The notes: generated from the sequence alone by a model not told the origin. 64,000 nt of DNA from Leptolyngbyaceae cyanobacterium (GCA_965263355.1 CBDHHL010000049.1:96001-160000); one strand, 5' to 3'. Shown: positions 29,132-39,196, counted from the first letter of the stretch. Made by a program: numbers and translations.

Positions 29132-32100
29132 CTAGGCTTGAAGCTTTTGCAACAGACTAGCAATGTTCTTACGGACTACCGATTCAGACGATACATCTCC
29201 TAAAGCACCATAAATATCAGCAGCCTGTCGGTAGAAGTTCACCGCCTCTTCCGGCTGATCTAGGTTGTTATTGTAAAGATTGCCCAACCCATTTAAGTTC
29301 TTAGCCTGGCCTGCCAAATTGTTGGTCTCGACCGCAATATTCAAGGAGTGAAGGTAGGCGACTTCCGCGTTGTCATAATTGCCTGCATTTTTTTGCACCT
29401 CACCGATTTGGTACCAGATACCAGCTACTAATAAGGGTGAATCCTGCTGTTCAAATAGGGAGCGGGCATCTTGATAGAGTGCGATCGCATCACCATAATT
29501 TTCCTGGGAAATTCTAATCGCAGCCAGGTTAGCTTTAGCAACCGCCACTCCCCGCACATTGTTGAGTTTTTCACTCCAGGTGATGTACTCTACACATTTT
29601 TGGGCTGCCTCATCCAACTGACCCAACAGCTGAAAACAGTTTGCTTGTTCATGGAGTACTACAGACATAGCTACGGGGGCCATACCGCCTTTCCGATTCC
29701 CCAACGACTCGAATAATCGCTGGGCTTTTGCTAAAAACTCAAGTGCCAAAGCCAATTGATCAGACGCTTTCAGAACCTGTCCCATCAAGCTGTAGGCCAT
29801 GGCCAGATCATAGTCCACCTCACGATAAGCCCCTGCTCCCACTGCCTTAGCATTTTCTAAAAGCCGCTGAGCCTTTTCGTAGGCCAATTGCCATTGCTCC
29901 TGCTCCAACAGTTGCTCAATCAAATATCGCTCACGGTTAAACTGGGTATGCCCCCACTCCGATGGCAATGTTACCGCTGGGGTGGGCAAGTTTACCGAAG
30001 TACTACCCTTGCTAGGATAACCAATGGGAGACTTTATCCACAGCGGTTGGGCTGTTTCATGGGCTGGTTTCCGTCGCTGTTGCTCTTGTTGTGGCGACTG
30101 TTGTTGTGGCTGGTTAAATCGCCCATTTTGTTCCTCCATCGGCAATGTCACAGCCTGTTCCGAAATCCTATCCGCAGATTTTACGACGGCCCCTTGGGAA
30201 CGATAAATTAACAAATAAGCGGACGGGATAAAATATAAGGCCAACAGGGTTGCCCCCCCCAGCCCCCCAGCGATCGAAATCGCCAACGGCGGCCAAAACC
30301 CAGTACTATCAAATAATAAAGGCGTAAATCCAATAATCGTTGTAACCGTAGTCGCCACCACATGGCGGGTGGACTTAACCACGACCTGTTGGATCGCAGC
30401 CGCATCCCCCTGGCGAGCTAAGGGATGCTCTCGCAAAGCGGCTAAGACCACAATGGAGTCGTTAATGGCTAGGCCAATCAATCCCAGGGTGCCAAGAATA
30501 GCCGTAAAGCCAAACAATGAATTAAATACCCACAACGCCATTGCAGCCAGACCGACTGCGGCCAAGGCCACCACAAACAGTAGCCCAGCTAAGGCAAATG
30601 AGTTAAACGACAACACCAGGGTGGCGGTCATTAATACCACTAAAATGCCCACGGTGGATAACAAGTTGCCCACGGCGGACCCTCGGGCATCGGCTTCACC
30701 GCCATAGCTAAGGCGATACCCCAACGGCAACTCAAATCCTTGATCGTCGAGAGCTTGCTGAAACTCAGCTAAGACGATACTGGGCAGCGACCCCGCCGTA
30801 ATAAAGGCCTGGACCGTATTCACCCGTTCTCCATCTTGTCGTGCGATCGCACTCTGGTCTGGACGCAAGTTAACCGACGCCACAGCCGAAAAGGGAACCG
30901 TTGTGCCATCGGCACTGATCAGATCAATGGACGTAATACTGGCCAGGTCGCCCCGCTCATATTCCGGTAGCTGCACACGCACCGGAATATCTTCCGTATC
31001 TTCCAGAATTGATCCTCCTAGCTGACCATCTAGAAGGATACTGAGTTGAGATGCGATCTCACTATTACTCAACCCCACCCGTTGAGCCGCTGCTTCATCC
31101 ACCTCCAACGCCAGTTTTGGAGATAATTCCGTTAATGTGGAGCGCGTATTAGTAACCTCATCCAATTGAGATAAAATCAGCTGCAACTGATTTCCTAATG
31201 CCCTTAACTCTTCTAGATTAGGACCGTAAATACTAACCTCAATGGGAGCATCCACCGGAGGTCCCTGCTCCAGCTGCTTTACCAGGATTTGCGCATCAGG
31301 AAAAGCCGCATCCAATTCCGTTTGTAGCGTTTGAATGGTGCCACTGAGATCATCCGTTGACGATAACTGCACAATTCCCTGGGCATATTCAGAAGCATTG
31401 CGCAGAGTACCCACCACATTGTAGAAAAATGACGGCGCGGTTTCACCTAAAAACCAATGAATATCTTCAACCGCCGGATGCTGCCGAATCAACTTACGCA
31501 TGGCCAAGGTTTGGGTGCGGGTGGCTGCAATCGAGCTAGAGGCCTGTCGCTGTAGCTCGATTTGAAACTGATCACGGTTGGTCGGCGGAAAAAATTGTTG
31601 TGGCAAACTACCAAACTGAACAAACCCCACCACCGGCAACACCATGGCAATCACTACACCCAGGATAGGTCGACGAAAAACGTCCCTCAAACTGTCTTCA
31701 TAGAGACGAGAGAGCCATTCATTGGTCCAGCCAGTCACTAGCCAATGTGGTGGTTCAGCCCCTGACTGAGAAGCCCCTGATTGAGTCCCCGATTGAGCCT
31801 CTAATGGCCGCCAGCGATACATCAGACCGGCAAACGCTGCAATGATCGTCAACGATAAGGTCAGCGAACTCACCAGGGCTAAAATCACCGTACTGCCAAT
31901 GGTGCCAATAAACTCCCCTGTTCCTCCTGGCGACGTAGCAATCGGCACAAATGCCAATACAGTGGTCAGGGTGGATGCCAACAGGGGGACCGTCAAATGC
32001 CTGACCGTATGACTCACCGCTTCAGCCGGATGAACGCCATTTTGCAAATGCACCCGCACTTCATCTACGACCACAATGGCATTGTCAATTAATAATCCCA

Positions 32101-33286
32101 GGGCAATAATCAATCCCGTCACCGACATTTGATGTAGGGGAATGCCCAACATCTTCATGCTGCCAAATACCATCATTGTAGAAAGCGGTAACGCCATACC
32201 TACAATCAATGCCGACCGCCACCCTAGCACCACCAATGAGATACCGATAACTAAAACAGAACTCAATAAAAGATTGCCAATGACACCATTCAGACGCTGC
32301 TGCACATATTGACTTTGATCGAGAACCACGCTGATGCCCAAGCCATCTGACAGATTGGCTCCAAAGTTCTCGATCACCTTTCTGGCCTGTTGGGCCCATT
32401 GATCCACACGGTAGTCAGACTCCACTGTTGCGGCTACCACTATCGCTGGCTTTCCTTCCACCAGAGCCAGGTCAGATACCGGCGTTCGCACCCCCTTACG
32501 CACCTGGGCAATATCTCCTAACTGGGCAATCTGACCCGCTCCACCCACTCGAATCGGAATTTCCCTGATTCGATCTAATGAATCTAGCGCACTATCTACT
32601 TCCAGTAACAGTTCAGTGGACCCACTGCGCAACTCTCCTGTGGAAATTTTTGCATCACTGGCGGCGATCTGTTGCGACAGCTGTTGAGCACTGATTCCTA
32701 ATCGCAACAAGTCCGCCTGACTAATCTCCACCTGAATTTCTTCGTCCGGCTCCCCAAACAGCTCCACACTGTCTGTCCCCGGTAAATTCCGCAGATCTGT
32801 CTCTAGCCCTTCTATCACTCGCCGTAAAATAGTATAGTTAACCGGCTCATCCAGCTCCCAGGTCAATCCCACAATCATGGCACTGGCCTTAACTTTGATA
32901 TCCTCATACTCTGGGCGACTAGCACCAACAGGCAGCTGTGGAATCACATCATCAATCTGACTACGCACCTTTGCCCACACGGGGTCAATATTAGTAACGG
33001 TCTCTTTGATTTCTACCGTCACGGATGACACCCCCGGACTGGAAAACGAGATAATCTCCTCTACTTCCTCAATGCTGGACAGCTCTTCCTCCAGTCTGTC
33101 AGTTACCAGGGACTCAATCCGTTCAGCACTGGCCCCCGGAAAAATTGTAGTAATGGTTGAGAACCGCTGTGCAATCTCAGGATCCTCCAGCCGCGGCAAC
33201 GTAAAAAATGAGGATACCCCCCAGACAACAACCAGTGTCAGTGTCAAAAATAAAAGCTGTCGATTCCGAAAGAAAAGATTGAACAT
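29132..33286 (-). CDS. RND (AcrB/AcrD/AcrF family) permease with a C-terminal TPR domain fused in frame
   Basis: LPRLEDP, IDNAIVVVD, FFPPTNR and FWPPLA motifs, then a Q/P-rich linker and about 270 aa of TPR-like repeats. Start chosen at MFNLFFRN (matches the paralogue); ORF track extends to 33385. Confidence 0.88.
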   Translation of the reverse strand: MFNLFFRNRQLLFLTLTLVVVWGVSSFFTLPRLEDPEIAQRFSTITTIFPGASAERIESLVTDRLEEELSSIEEVEEIISFSSPGVSSVTVEIKETVTNIDPVWAKVRSQIDDVIPQLPVGASRPEYEDIKVKASAMIVGLTWELDEPVNYTILRRVIEGLETDLRNLPGTDSVELFGEPDEEIQVEISQADLLRLGISAQQLSQQIAASDAKISTGELRSGSTELLLEVDSALDSLDRIREIPIRVGGAGQIAQLGDIAQVRKGVRTPVSDLALVEGKPAIVVAATVESDYRVDQWAQQARKVIENFGANLSDGLGISVVLDQSQYVQQRLNGVIGNLLLSSVLVIGISLVVLGWRSALIVGMALPLSTMMVFGSMKMLGIPLHQMSVTGLIIALGLLIDNAIVVVDEVRVHLQNGVHPAEAVSHTVRHLTVPLLASTLTTVLAFVPIATSPGGTGEFIGTIGSTVILALVSSLTLSLTIIAAFAGLMYRWRPLEAQSGTQSGASQSGAEPPHWLVTGWTNEWLSRLYEDSLRDVFRRPILGVVIAMVLPVVGFVQFGSLPQQFFPPTNRDQFQIELQRQASSSIAATRTQTLAMRKLIRQHPAVEDIHWFLGETAPSFFYNVVGTLRNASEYAQGIVQLSSTDDLSGTIQTLQTELDAAFPDAQILVKQLEQGPPVDAPIEVSIYGPNLEELRALGNQLQLILSQLDEVTNTRSTLTELSPKLALEVDEAAAQRVGLSNSEIASQLSILLDGQLGGSILEDTEDIPVRVQLPEYERGDLASITSIDLISADGTTVPFSAVASVNLRPDQSAIARQDGERVNTVQAFITAGSLPSIVLAEFQQALDDQGFELPLGYRLSYGGEADARGSAVGNLLSTVGILVVLMTATLVLSFNSFALAGLLFVVALAAVGLAAMALWVFNSLFGFTAILGTLGLIGLAINDSIVVLAALREHPLARQGDAAAIQQVVVKSTRHVVATTVTTIIGFTPLLFDSTGFWPPLAISIAGGLGGATLLALYFIPSAYLLIYRSQGAVVKSADRISEQAVTLPMEEQNGRFNQPQQQSPQQEQQRRKPAHETAQPLWIKSPIGYPSKGSTSVNLPTPAVTLPSEWGHTQFNRERYLIEQLLEQEQWQLAYEKAQRLLENAKAVGAGAYREVDYDLAMAYSLMGQVLKASDQLALALEFLAKAQRLFESLGNRKGGMAPVAMSVVLHEQANCFQLLGQLDEAAQKCVEYITWSEKLNNVRGVAVAKANLAAIRISQENYGDAIALYQDARSLFEQQDSPLLVAGIWYQIGEVQKNAGNYDNAEVAYLHSLNIAVETNNLAGQAKNLNGLGNLYNNNLDQPEEAVNFYRQAADIYGALGDVSSESVVRKNIASLLQKLQA

Positions 33287-33341
33287 AGTCTGAGATGGGT
33301 AACGGAGGGGGGAGGTGGTGTGGACAATTGTCCGAGTATTT

Positions 33342-34634
33342 CTAATTTTGAACAAGCTGTCCTGGCACAAGCCGATGGGTGCCACTTGTGATCACCTTCT
33401 CCTCTGGCTGTAATAGTCCCCTGACAAACGCTCTATCACCTTCGGTGTAAAGCACCTCTACTTCTCGACGGCTCACTTCATAGAGATTTTCAGCTGACTT
33501 ACCGATGGGGGCGTTTAACACATAGGCTGACCATAGTCCCCTTTCACCCGCAACCAGAGCACTGGTGGGGAGCCAGTAGCCAATTTCTTCCTGTTGATCC
33601 TGCAATGTTAGTCGGGCCGTAGCTCCAATGGTGGGCTGAGCTTCCGGTGGTAATGTCATCACCACGGTCACCGTTTGGCTGTCATCATCCAGTTCTGGCA
33701 GCAGGGATGTCACGTTTCCCCTAAACGATTGCCCATTCACGTCAATCGACTGCGGACTACCCAGGGTAATCCGACTGGCCATGGAACTCGGCACACCGAT
33801 ACGCGCCTCCAGAGCATCTCCTTCTACCAGGCGCATAACGGGTTGCCCTGGACTGACCACTACTCCCTCATCCACCAGTCGCAGTGACACTCGCCCATCA
33901 AAAGGAGCGTAAATAATGCTTTTTGCTATCGACACATCCAGATTTTTTAGACTGGCGTCGATTTGATCAATCTGAGCATCCTGGGCACTTACTTGTTCAA
34001 TACGGGTCCCAGCATTAAGTTCGTTTAACTGACTCTGGGCCTGATTTAGACGCGCCTCTAGGGCATCGGCATTAAATACAGCTGAATCTTTCTCCTCTAG
34101 GGAAATGGCACCTTGGGTATAGAGATTTTCGCGCCGTTCCTGCTGTAGACGGGCCAACGCAAGCTGGGCTTTCAAGTCTTGAACGGCAGCAGCGGCAGCA
34201 GCAATATCTTCCTGGCGTGGCCCCCGCTGTAATTCCTGAAAAATTGCCTGGGCCTGACGCTGTTGGGCCTCAAACTGCTGTCGCTGGGCTTGCAAACTGC
34301 GAGTATCTAACTGAGCAAGGGGGGTGCCCGCTACCACCCGATCTCCTTCATCCACAAACACATCCACCAAGGTACCCGCTTGTTCAAAGCCCAGATCACT
34401 ACTGCGACGAGCAACAATTTCTCCGGTAAAGGTGCGCTTTACTTGATAGTCAGTAACTTGCTCTAGGACCTGGGTTTGGACGGATAATGACGCCACCACA
34501 TCCTCAGTTACCGCCGAATTAGATCGAATTCGCCACACCCAAAAGGCAGGTGCTGCCAGCAACAGTAGCAATAACAGCCATCGCCAGTTAATGCTTCGAA
34601 CACCGTTAGTGTTATTAGACATTGATGAAACCAT
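33342..34634 (-). CDS. RND periplasmic adaptor (membrane fusion protein)
   Basis: N-terminal TM helix, lipoyl half-motif VDEGDRV, coiled-coil hairpin, APFDG, GTHRLVPGQ. Confidence 0.9.
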   Translation of the reverse strand: MVSSMSNNTNGVRSINWRWLLLLLLLAAPAFWVWRIRSNSAVTEDVVASLSVQTQVLEQVTDYQVKRTFTGEIVARRSSDLGFEQAGTLVDVFVDEGDRVVAGTPLAQLDTRSLQAQRQQFEAQQRQAQAIFQELQRGPRQEDIAAAAAAVQDLKAQLALARLQQERRENLYTQGAISLEEKDSAVFNADALEARLNQAQSQLNELNAGTRIEQVSAQDAQIDQIDASLKNLDVSIAKSIIYAPFDGRVSLRLVDEGVVVSPGQPVMRLVEGDALEARIGVPSSMASRITLGSPQSIDVNGQSFRGNVTSLLPELDDDSQTVTVVMTLPPEAQPTIGATARLTLQDQQEEIGYWLPTSALVAGERGLWSAYVLNAPIGKSAENLYEVSRREVEVLYTEGDRAFVRGLLQPEEKVITSGTHRLVPGQLVQN

Positions 34635-34694
34635 TGGCTACTATACAAATAGTTTATATTCAACATATTGGGCAACTTTCCCTTATGGGGAATC

Positions 34695-34850
34695 CTCTAG
34701 AGAATTTCCAGGCTAAAGAAGCCTACTTTGGTGAGGCTAACGCTTCCATAGAACAACAGTTTAAATACCTCACCATGAAACGGATAATTGCCTATGAAGA
34801 GAGCTGGTTAAAGTGGTGTTCGAATGTACTTGCATTTTTGGATAAGCATC
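34695..34850 (+). pseudogene. Remnant of a PadR-family regulator (C-terminal helix only)
   Basis: QQFKYLTMKRIIAYEESWLKWC resembles the PadR C-terminal YLTL..GI.YE..W..WC motif; no N-terminal winged helix is present. Confidence 0.55.
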
Positions 34851-34905
34851 CAGCGTCTGATGACACTTCTCATAACCTTGCTCAATGGATGCAAAAAGCT
34901 CACTC

Positions 34906-35307
34906 TCAATATCGATACCATCTAAAGCTTTTTCCCATCAGACCCATAGCATCAATCGACGCTCTTAAATTCAGGGTATCTTTATTGTCAAGGAACCACA
35001 CTTTTAGATGATAGGTTTTCCCGTCTTCAGGGCTATAAAGCTGGCCACATTGCCATTCCTTCTTTTTCTCATTAAATTGCAATCCAGTAATAAAATCCAA
35101 ACCAGCGATGGGCCGTTGCTTAAGGTTGTTATCTGGATTCAGCGCATCTAATACCGGACCATCAGGATTGGTTTCATCTTCAATGACCCAGGTTATTTTT
35201 CCAGTAAAACAACTGGAATCAGTATTTTCATAAATCCGTATTTTTACTTCTTTATTTTCACTAATCCAGTTGCCTGAAAGATCGCTTTTTGCTATCATTC
35301 TCTTCAT
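34906..35307 (-). CDS. DUF2147 family protein
   Basis: GxW start, GKITW, LDxxNPD..L.xRP..GL and GQLYSPEDGKTY patterns. Confidence 0.8.
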   Translation of the reverse strand: MKRMIAKSDLSGNWISENKEVKIRIYENTDSSCFTGKITWVIEDETNPDGPVLDALNPDNNLKQRPIAGLDFITGLQFNEKKKEWQCGQLYSPEDGKTYHLKVWFLDNKDTLNLRASIDAMGLMGKSFRWYRY

Positions 35308-35386
35308 TTTTAATCTTTGTAGATTACATTTGAAAGGCTTATTGATAACAATTGCCCACTTTATGAGTTATGTCGGAATACTTTAA

Positions 35387-35495
35387 CTAGTACCGAAAAT
35401 AATAAACAATGCAACATAACAAAATCTGAAAACCTTTCCAGGATAAAGGCTTTTAATTTCAGCTGTGTTTCACTGTTTTATAATCACTGTACTAG
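35387..35495. repeat. 109-bp MITE-like element with imperfect 34-bp terminal inverted repeats
   Basis: Ends CTAGTAC...GTACTAG; arms CTAGTACCGAAAATAATAAACAATGCAACATAAC versus reverse complement CTAGTACAGTGATTATAAAACAGTGAAACACAGC. Confidence 0.55.
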
Positions 35496-35877
35496 CATAC
35501 CTTTAGATTAAACTTAAGACCTTTTCAGATAGAGAAAAACCGTATGTGTCTAACTAAATACCACATAATCTAACCTAATCTTATTTACCTAAATTTAGGC
35601 CAAATAACGGGCACGATGCTCAAGCCCGAATCGCTGACCGTATTGCCAAAATAGGAAAGGTGATGGACGCTTGAAAAAAAAACATCATTTTCAAGGTGCA
35701 TCACAATGGATACCTTACAGTCTACCTCCCGTCTTGCCGTCCGCCAACGAGTTAGACCGTCACTATTCGGCAGGGCATAGCCAGGTGTTGTTGGACCCTC
35801 TACAGATAAGAAAAAAGGGATAGGATAATAGGCCTATGGTTAACCTAAGCCAGGGAGTCGCCTCCCCGACTCGGCTT

Positions 35878-38296
35878 GTCGGGTAAGGGAGAATAAGTCG
35901 CCTTATCACCCTCCCCTCAGAACCGGACGTGGCACTTACATGCCATCCGGCTCAAGCCTTCTGCGATTCAGATGGTTATGTCCCATGTGTAGGTGCTGAT
36001 GACAAACTTTGTGGAGGTGGAGCAGGTTTTCAACTTTGTCCGTCCCTCCATCTGCCACGTTGAGAATATGGTGGGTATGCAGTTGCTCTCCGTTGAACAG
36101 GTGTTCTTTACATACCGGACATTGCCAATTTTGGTTCTCAGCCACTTGGTAGTGTTTCGAGCCTTTGGCCCAGTAAGTTTTACCTTGCCGAGTTTGACGC
36201 TGTTGCCAGTATGTTTTGAGCTTAGGGTCATCTGGTGAAGCCTTGCCAATCACTTTGACATGGCGTTCGATGGGGATGGTTGCCAATTGAGTCAGAGAGT
36301 AGTTGATGACTCGACCGTCTCGGCTTATGGCCGGAGCAGTAAAGTACCATTTCTTTCCCCGAATCGTTTTGAAGTATTGGTTCACAACCCATCGTTTCCC
36401 TTTTCTGGGATGCCTTCTCCTGCACCATTTGAAGATGGCCTGCCAGATGTAATGGTCGAGGGAAGAGAAGACCCTGGCACTATTGACATGCCTGTAGTAA
36501 TTGGCCCATCCTCTGAGAATTGGATTGAGGTGTTCGATGACAACCTCTGGCTTATGCGAGGGATTGGCTCTGAGCCAGTCTCTGATTCGCTGGAGGAAGT
36601 CGTTCACCTTCTGTTTCGCCGGGGTGATCAGGCATTTGCCCTTGAATTGTCTGACATTAAATCCGAGGAAGTCGAAGCCCTGTTCGATATGAACAATTTT
36701 CGTCTTTTCTAGGTTGAATGTCAGTCCCCTTTGCTTTAGCCAGTCCTCTAGGATCGGTTTGATAGCTTCAATGTCTTCCTTAGAAGGCGCGGTCACGATG
36801 ATGTCATCCGCATAGCGGATAAATCCATACTTATTGCTCCGTACGCGTTTGGTTTGATATCTCCCTGTTTTCTGGTTGAAATTGTGATATTCCTTTACCT
36901 TTTTGAATTGAGATAAAAGTTCTTCTATTCCATCCAGTGCGATATTCGCTAGTACAGGTGAGATAATTCCACCCTGCGCAGTTCCGCTTTCTGTCGGATG
37001 AAACACTTCTGCTTCAATATACCCTGCTTTCAGCCATTGTTTGATTAGTTCTCTGCCAGGGATTAGTCCGATAGCGTTGAGGATATAATCGTGGCTGATA
37101 TTGTCAAATGCGCCTTTTATATCGGCATCTAAAGCCCAAGTATCGACTCCTTTTCTCAGTCGATGATGACATTGTTTTATGGCATCTTGACAACTGCGAC
37201 CAGGGCGAAAACCGTAGCTATGAGCCTCAAATCGAGCTTCCCAGCTGGGTTCGAGCGCATTTTTCACAATTGCTTGTGCGATTCGATTTTTGATTGTAGG
37301 AATGCTTAATGGACGACGTTTCTTGCCGTTATCCTTGGGGATATAGACCCTTCGAGCAGGGTGAACTTTCCATAAGCAGTAAGCCTGCATCTCATTAACC
37401 AGATTGACCCTTGCCTGAGGGGTCAGGGCTACCTGGCCATCAATGCCAGCTGTCTTTTTCCCTCGATTTTGCTGGGTCACTCGTCGCACTGCTAGCAGTA
37501 AGTTAGAGTAACTGCGAAGCATCAGTTTCATCAGGCTTCTCACCCGATTCCATTGATGTTCCTGAGTCGCACGATAAATCCGCAGTCTTAGATTTCGTAC
37601 CTTCTTCTTGACGCGTTTCCAATTGATGGAAGCCCATTCTTGAAGACGGCCCACCGCTCCGATGTCTGAGTTGACTCTATCTTTCACGTTGGCTCGATTT
37701 CTTTACGTTAGTTTATCGTTGAAGACCTGTTGAAAGTCAGCTACCTTTTCGGTATCGGGTAAAGTTTGAGCCCGTATCTCCCGCATTACCAGGAGCGTTC
37801 GCTTTTTCCAACCTCCCTTACCCTCTAGGTAATTGTGTCGTCCTTGCGGTTGACCTACTCTGGTTATCGACCTTTGCCAGAGAACCTATAGGGCTTACCG
37901 TGTTCCGTGCGTTTGACCTACGACTGAATTAGGTTCCATCTATACCCCGGTGGGACTGTTGTCCTTTCGCTTTGAGCGTTCTGAAACTCATCGCCTACCC
38001 ACTTACCATTTTGGTTAAGGTGTGTCAGCCTGATTTCACCTTTCACGCATCACGAGGCTTAGGATGATTCACTTGCGTTAACCCGTTTCAGTCTTCCCTT
38101 TGCTCTCCATATCAACTTGGGCTGTCAATATCGTGAGCTTTCGTGCTTTGCTTCCCGCCAGTTTCATTACTTACTCCTGGCGTAAGCAGAGTCGGTGACT
38201 CTTTTACGTAGGGACAGAGAGAAAGGCTCCTCTGGGGAAGTCGGCTTCCCAATCAAATGCGCCACTGGCGCTGAACGCACGACTTTCACGTCGCAC
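35878..38296 (-). mobile_element. Inner, apparently intact group II intron (2419 nt)
   Basis: 5' GTGCGACGTGAAAGTCG; DV GAGCCGGATGGCATGTAAGTGCCACGTCCGGTTC (35953-35920); DVI ending TTACCCGAC; full-length RT ORF. Confidence 0.93.
35936..37687 (-). CDS. ltrA: Group II intron reverse transcriptase/maturase with HNH endonuclease
   Basis: TAGIDG, RPLSIP, YGFRPGR, DIKGAFD, QGGIISP, RYADD, GFDFLG; X domain LRGWANYY; CPVC..HH..GG..NL.LH..CH. Confidence 0.95.
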   Translation of the reverse strand: MKDRVNSDIGAVGRLQEWASINWKRVKKKVRNLRLRIYRATQEHQWNRVRSLMKLMLRSYSNLLLAVRRVTQQNRGKKTAGIDGQVALTPQARVNLVNEMQAYCLWKVHPARRVYIPKDNGKKRRPLSIPTIKNRIAQAIVKNALEPSWEARFEAHSYGFRPGRSCQDAIKQCHHRLRKGVDTWALDADIKGAFDNISHDYILNAIGLIPGRELIKQWLKAGYIEAEVFHPTESGTAQGGIISPVLANIALDGIEELLSQFKKVKEYHNFNQKTGRYQTKRVRSNKYGFIRYADDIIVTAPSKEDIEAIKPILEDWLKQRGLTFNLEKTKIVHIEQGFDFLGFNVRQFKGKCLITPAKQKVNDFLQRIRDWLRANPSHKPEVVIEHLNPILRGWANYYRHVNSARVFSSLDHYIWQAIFKWCRRRHPRKGKRWVVNQYFKTIRGKKWYFTAPAISRDGRVINYSLTQLATIPIERHVKVIGKASPDDPKLKTYWQQRQTRQGKTYWAKGSKHYQVAENQNWQCPVCKEHLFNGEQLHTHHILNVADGGTDKVENLLHLHKVCHQHLHMGHNHLNRRRLEPDGM

Positions 38297-38339
38297 CAGA
38301 ACCGTACGTGAGACTTTCGACCTCATACGGCTCCTCTCT

Positions 38340-39196
38340 AACCGGGCTCTTGTCATAAGTACCAGTCATCGACGGAGTGTTTGCTGAGTGTACCTGGTCA
38401 TGGCAGTGACGATGCAGCAACGCCAGGTTTTGACATCGGTGCCTAAGCGTTTGATATGACGTTCGAGTCCTTGGAGCGCAATCAGCGCGAGGAGGGGTGA
38501 GACGACTCCCCCCTGCGGACTTCCTCGTTCAGTGCGATGAAAGCCATTGTCGAGAACACCACATTTGAGCCAGCCTTTGATAAGCCTTTTCATCCAGGTT
38601 GGCGTTCGACTTTTCTTCAAGATGGCGTCATGGGAGATGTTATCAAAGCAGCCTCGAATATCAACGCTCAGCACGTATTTTGGCTGGCGGAAGATTGTTC
38701 GATAAACAGCTTCAATCGTATCTTGACAAGACCGTCCTGGTCGAAACCCATACATATTGGGGTCTAGCTTAGCTTCCCATTGGGGTTCTAGCGCTAGTTT
38801 GATGAGAGCCTGAGTGGCTCTATCCCGCATGACCGGAATCGAAAGCGGACGCTTTTCTGTTTTCCCTGGCTTGGGAATCCAGATACGGCGCAGGGGGCGG
38901 GGATTAGAGAAGTCTCCTAAGGTTTGAGCCATCTCTAACCGCTGGGGTGGCGGCAAATTCTTGATGCCATCGATACCAGCGGTACGCCTCCCTTTGTTAT
39001 CCTGGGTCACTCGCCTGACGGCCAGTAACCTCGCATACCAGGACTTTGCTAACAGACGTTGCAGTTTGTGAACCAACTTCACTTGACGACGACGACTGGC
39101 TTTGTAAATTCGACGTTGGAGCTTAAAGACCTTGACCTGGATTCGTTTCCAGGGCAGTGTCTCCCATCTATACCTCGTCTGAAGTGACGGGCTCAT
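38340..39196 (-). pseudogene. Group II intron RT with a large internal deletion (RT0-RT4 joined out of frame to the end of the HNH domain)
   Basis: Motifs present through QGGVVSP, but no YADD and no X domain; an alternative frame from about 38429 downward reads NLALLHRHCHDQVH. Confidence 0.88.

Noticed and set aside
34622..35011. 129-aa ORF as an intact gene
   Set aside because: It overlaps both neighbouring minus-strand genes and only its middle resembles a PadR C-terminus; treated as a remnant.
35720..35760. GTTAGAC as part of an integron attC site
   Set aside because: No convincing complementary partner box or cassette structure, and no integrase in the window.
35936..39196. Two adjacent RT genes as a DGR, retron or defence-associated RT system
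   Set aside because: Both lie inside group II ribozyme scaffolds with GUGYG starts, DV and DVI; no template/variable repeat pair or msr-msd was seen.
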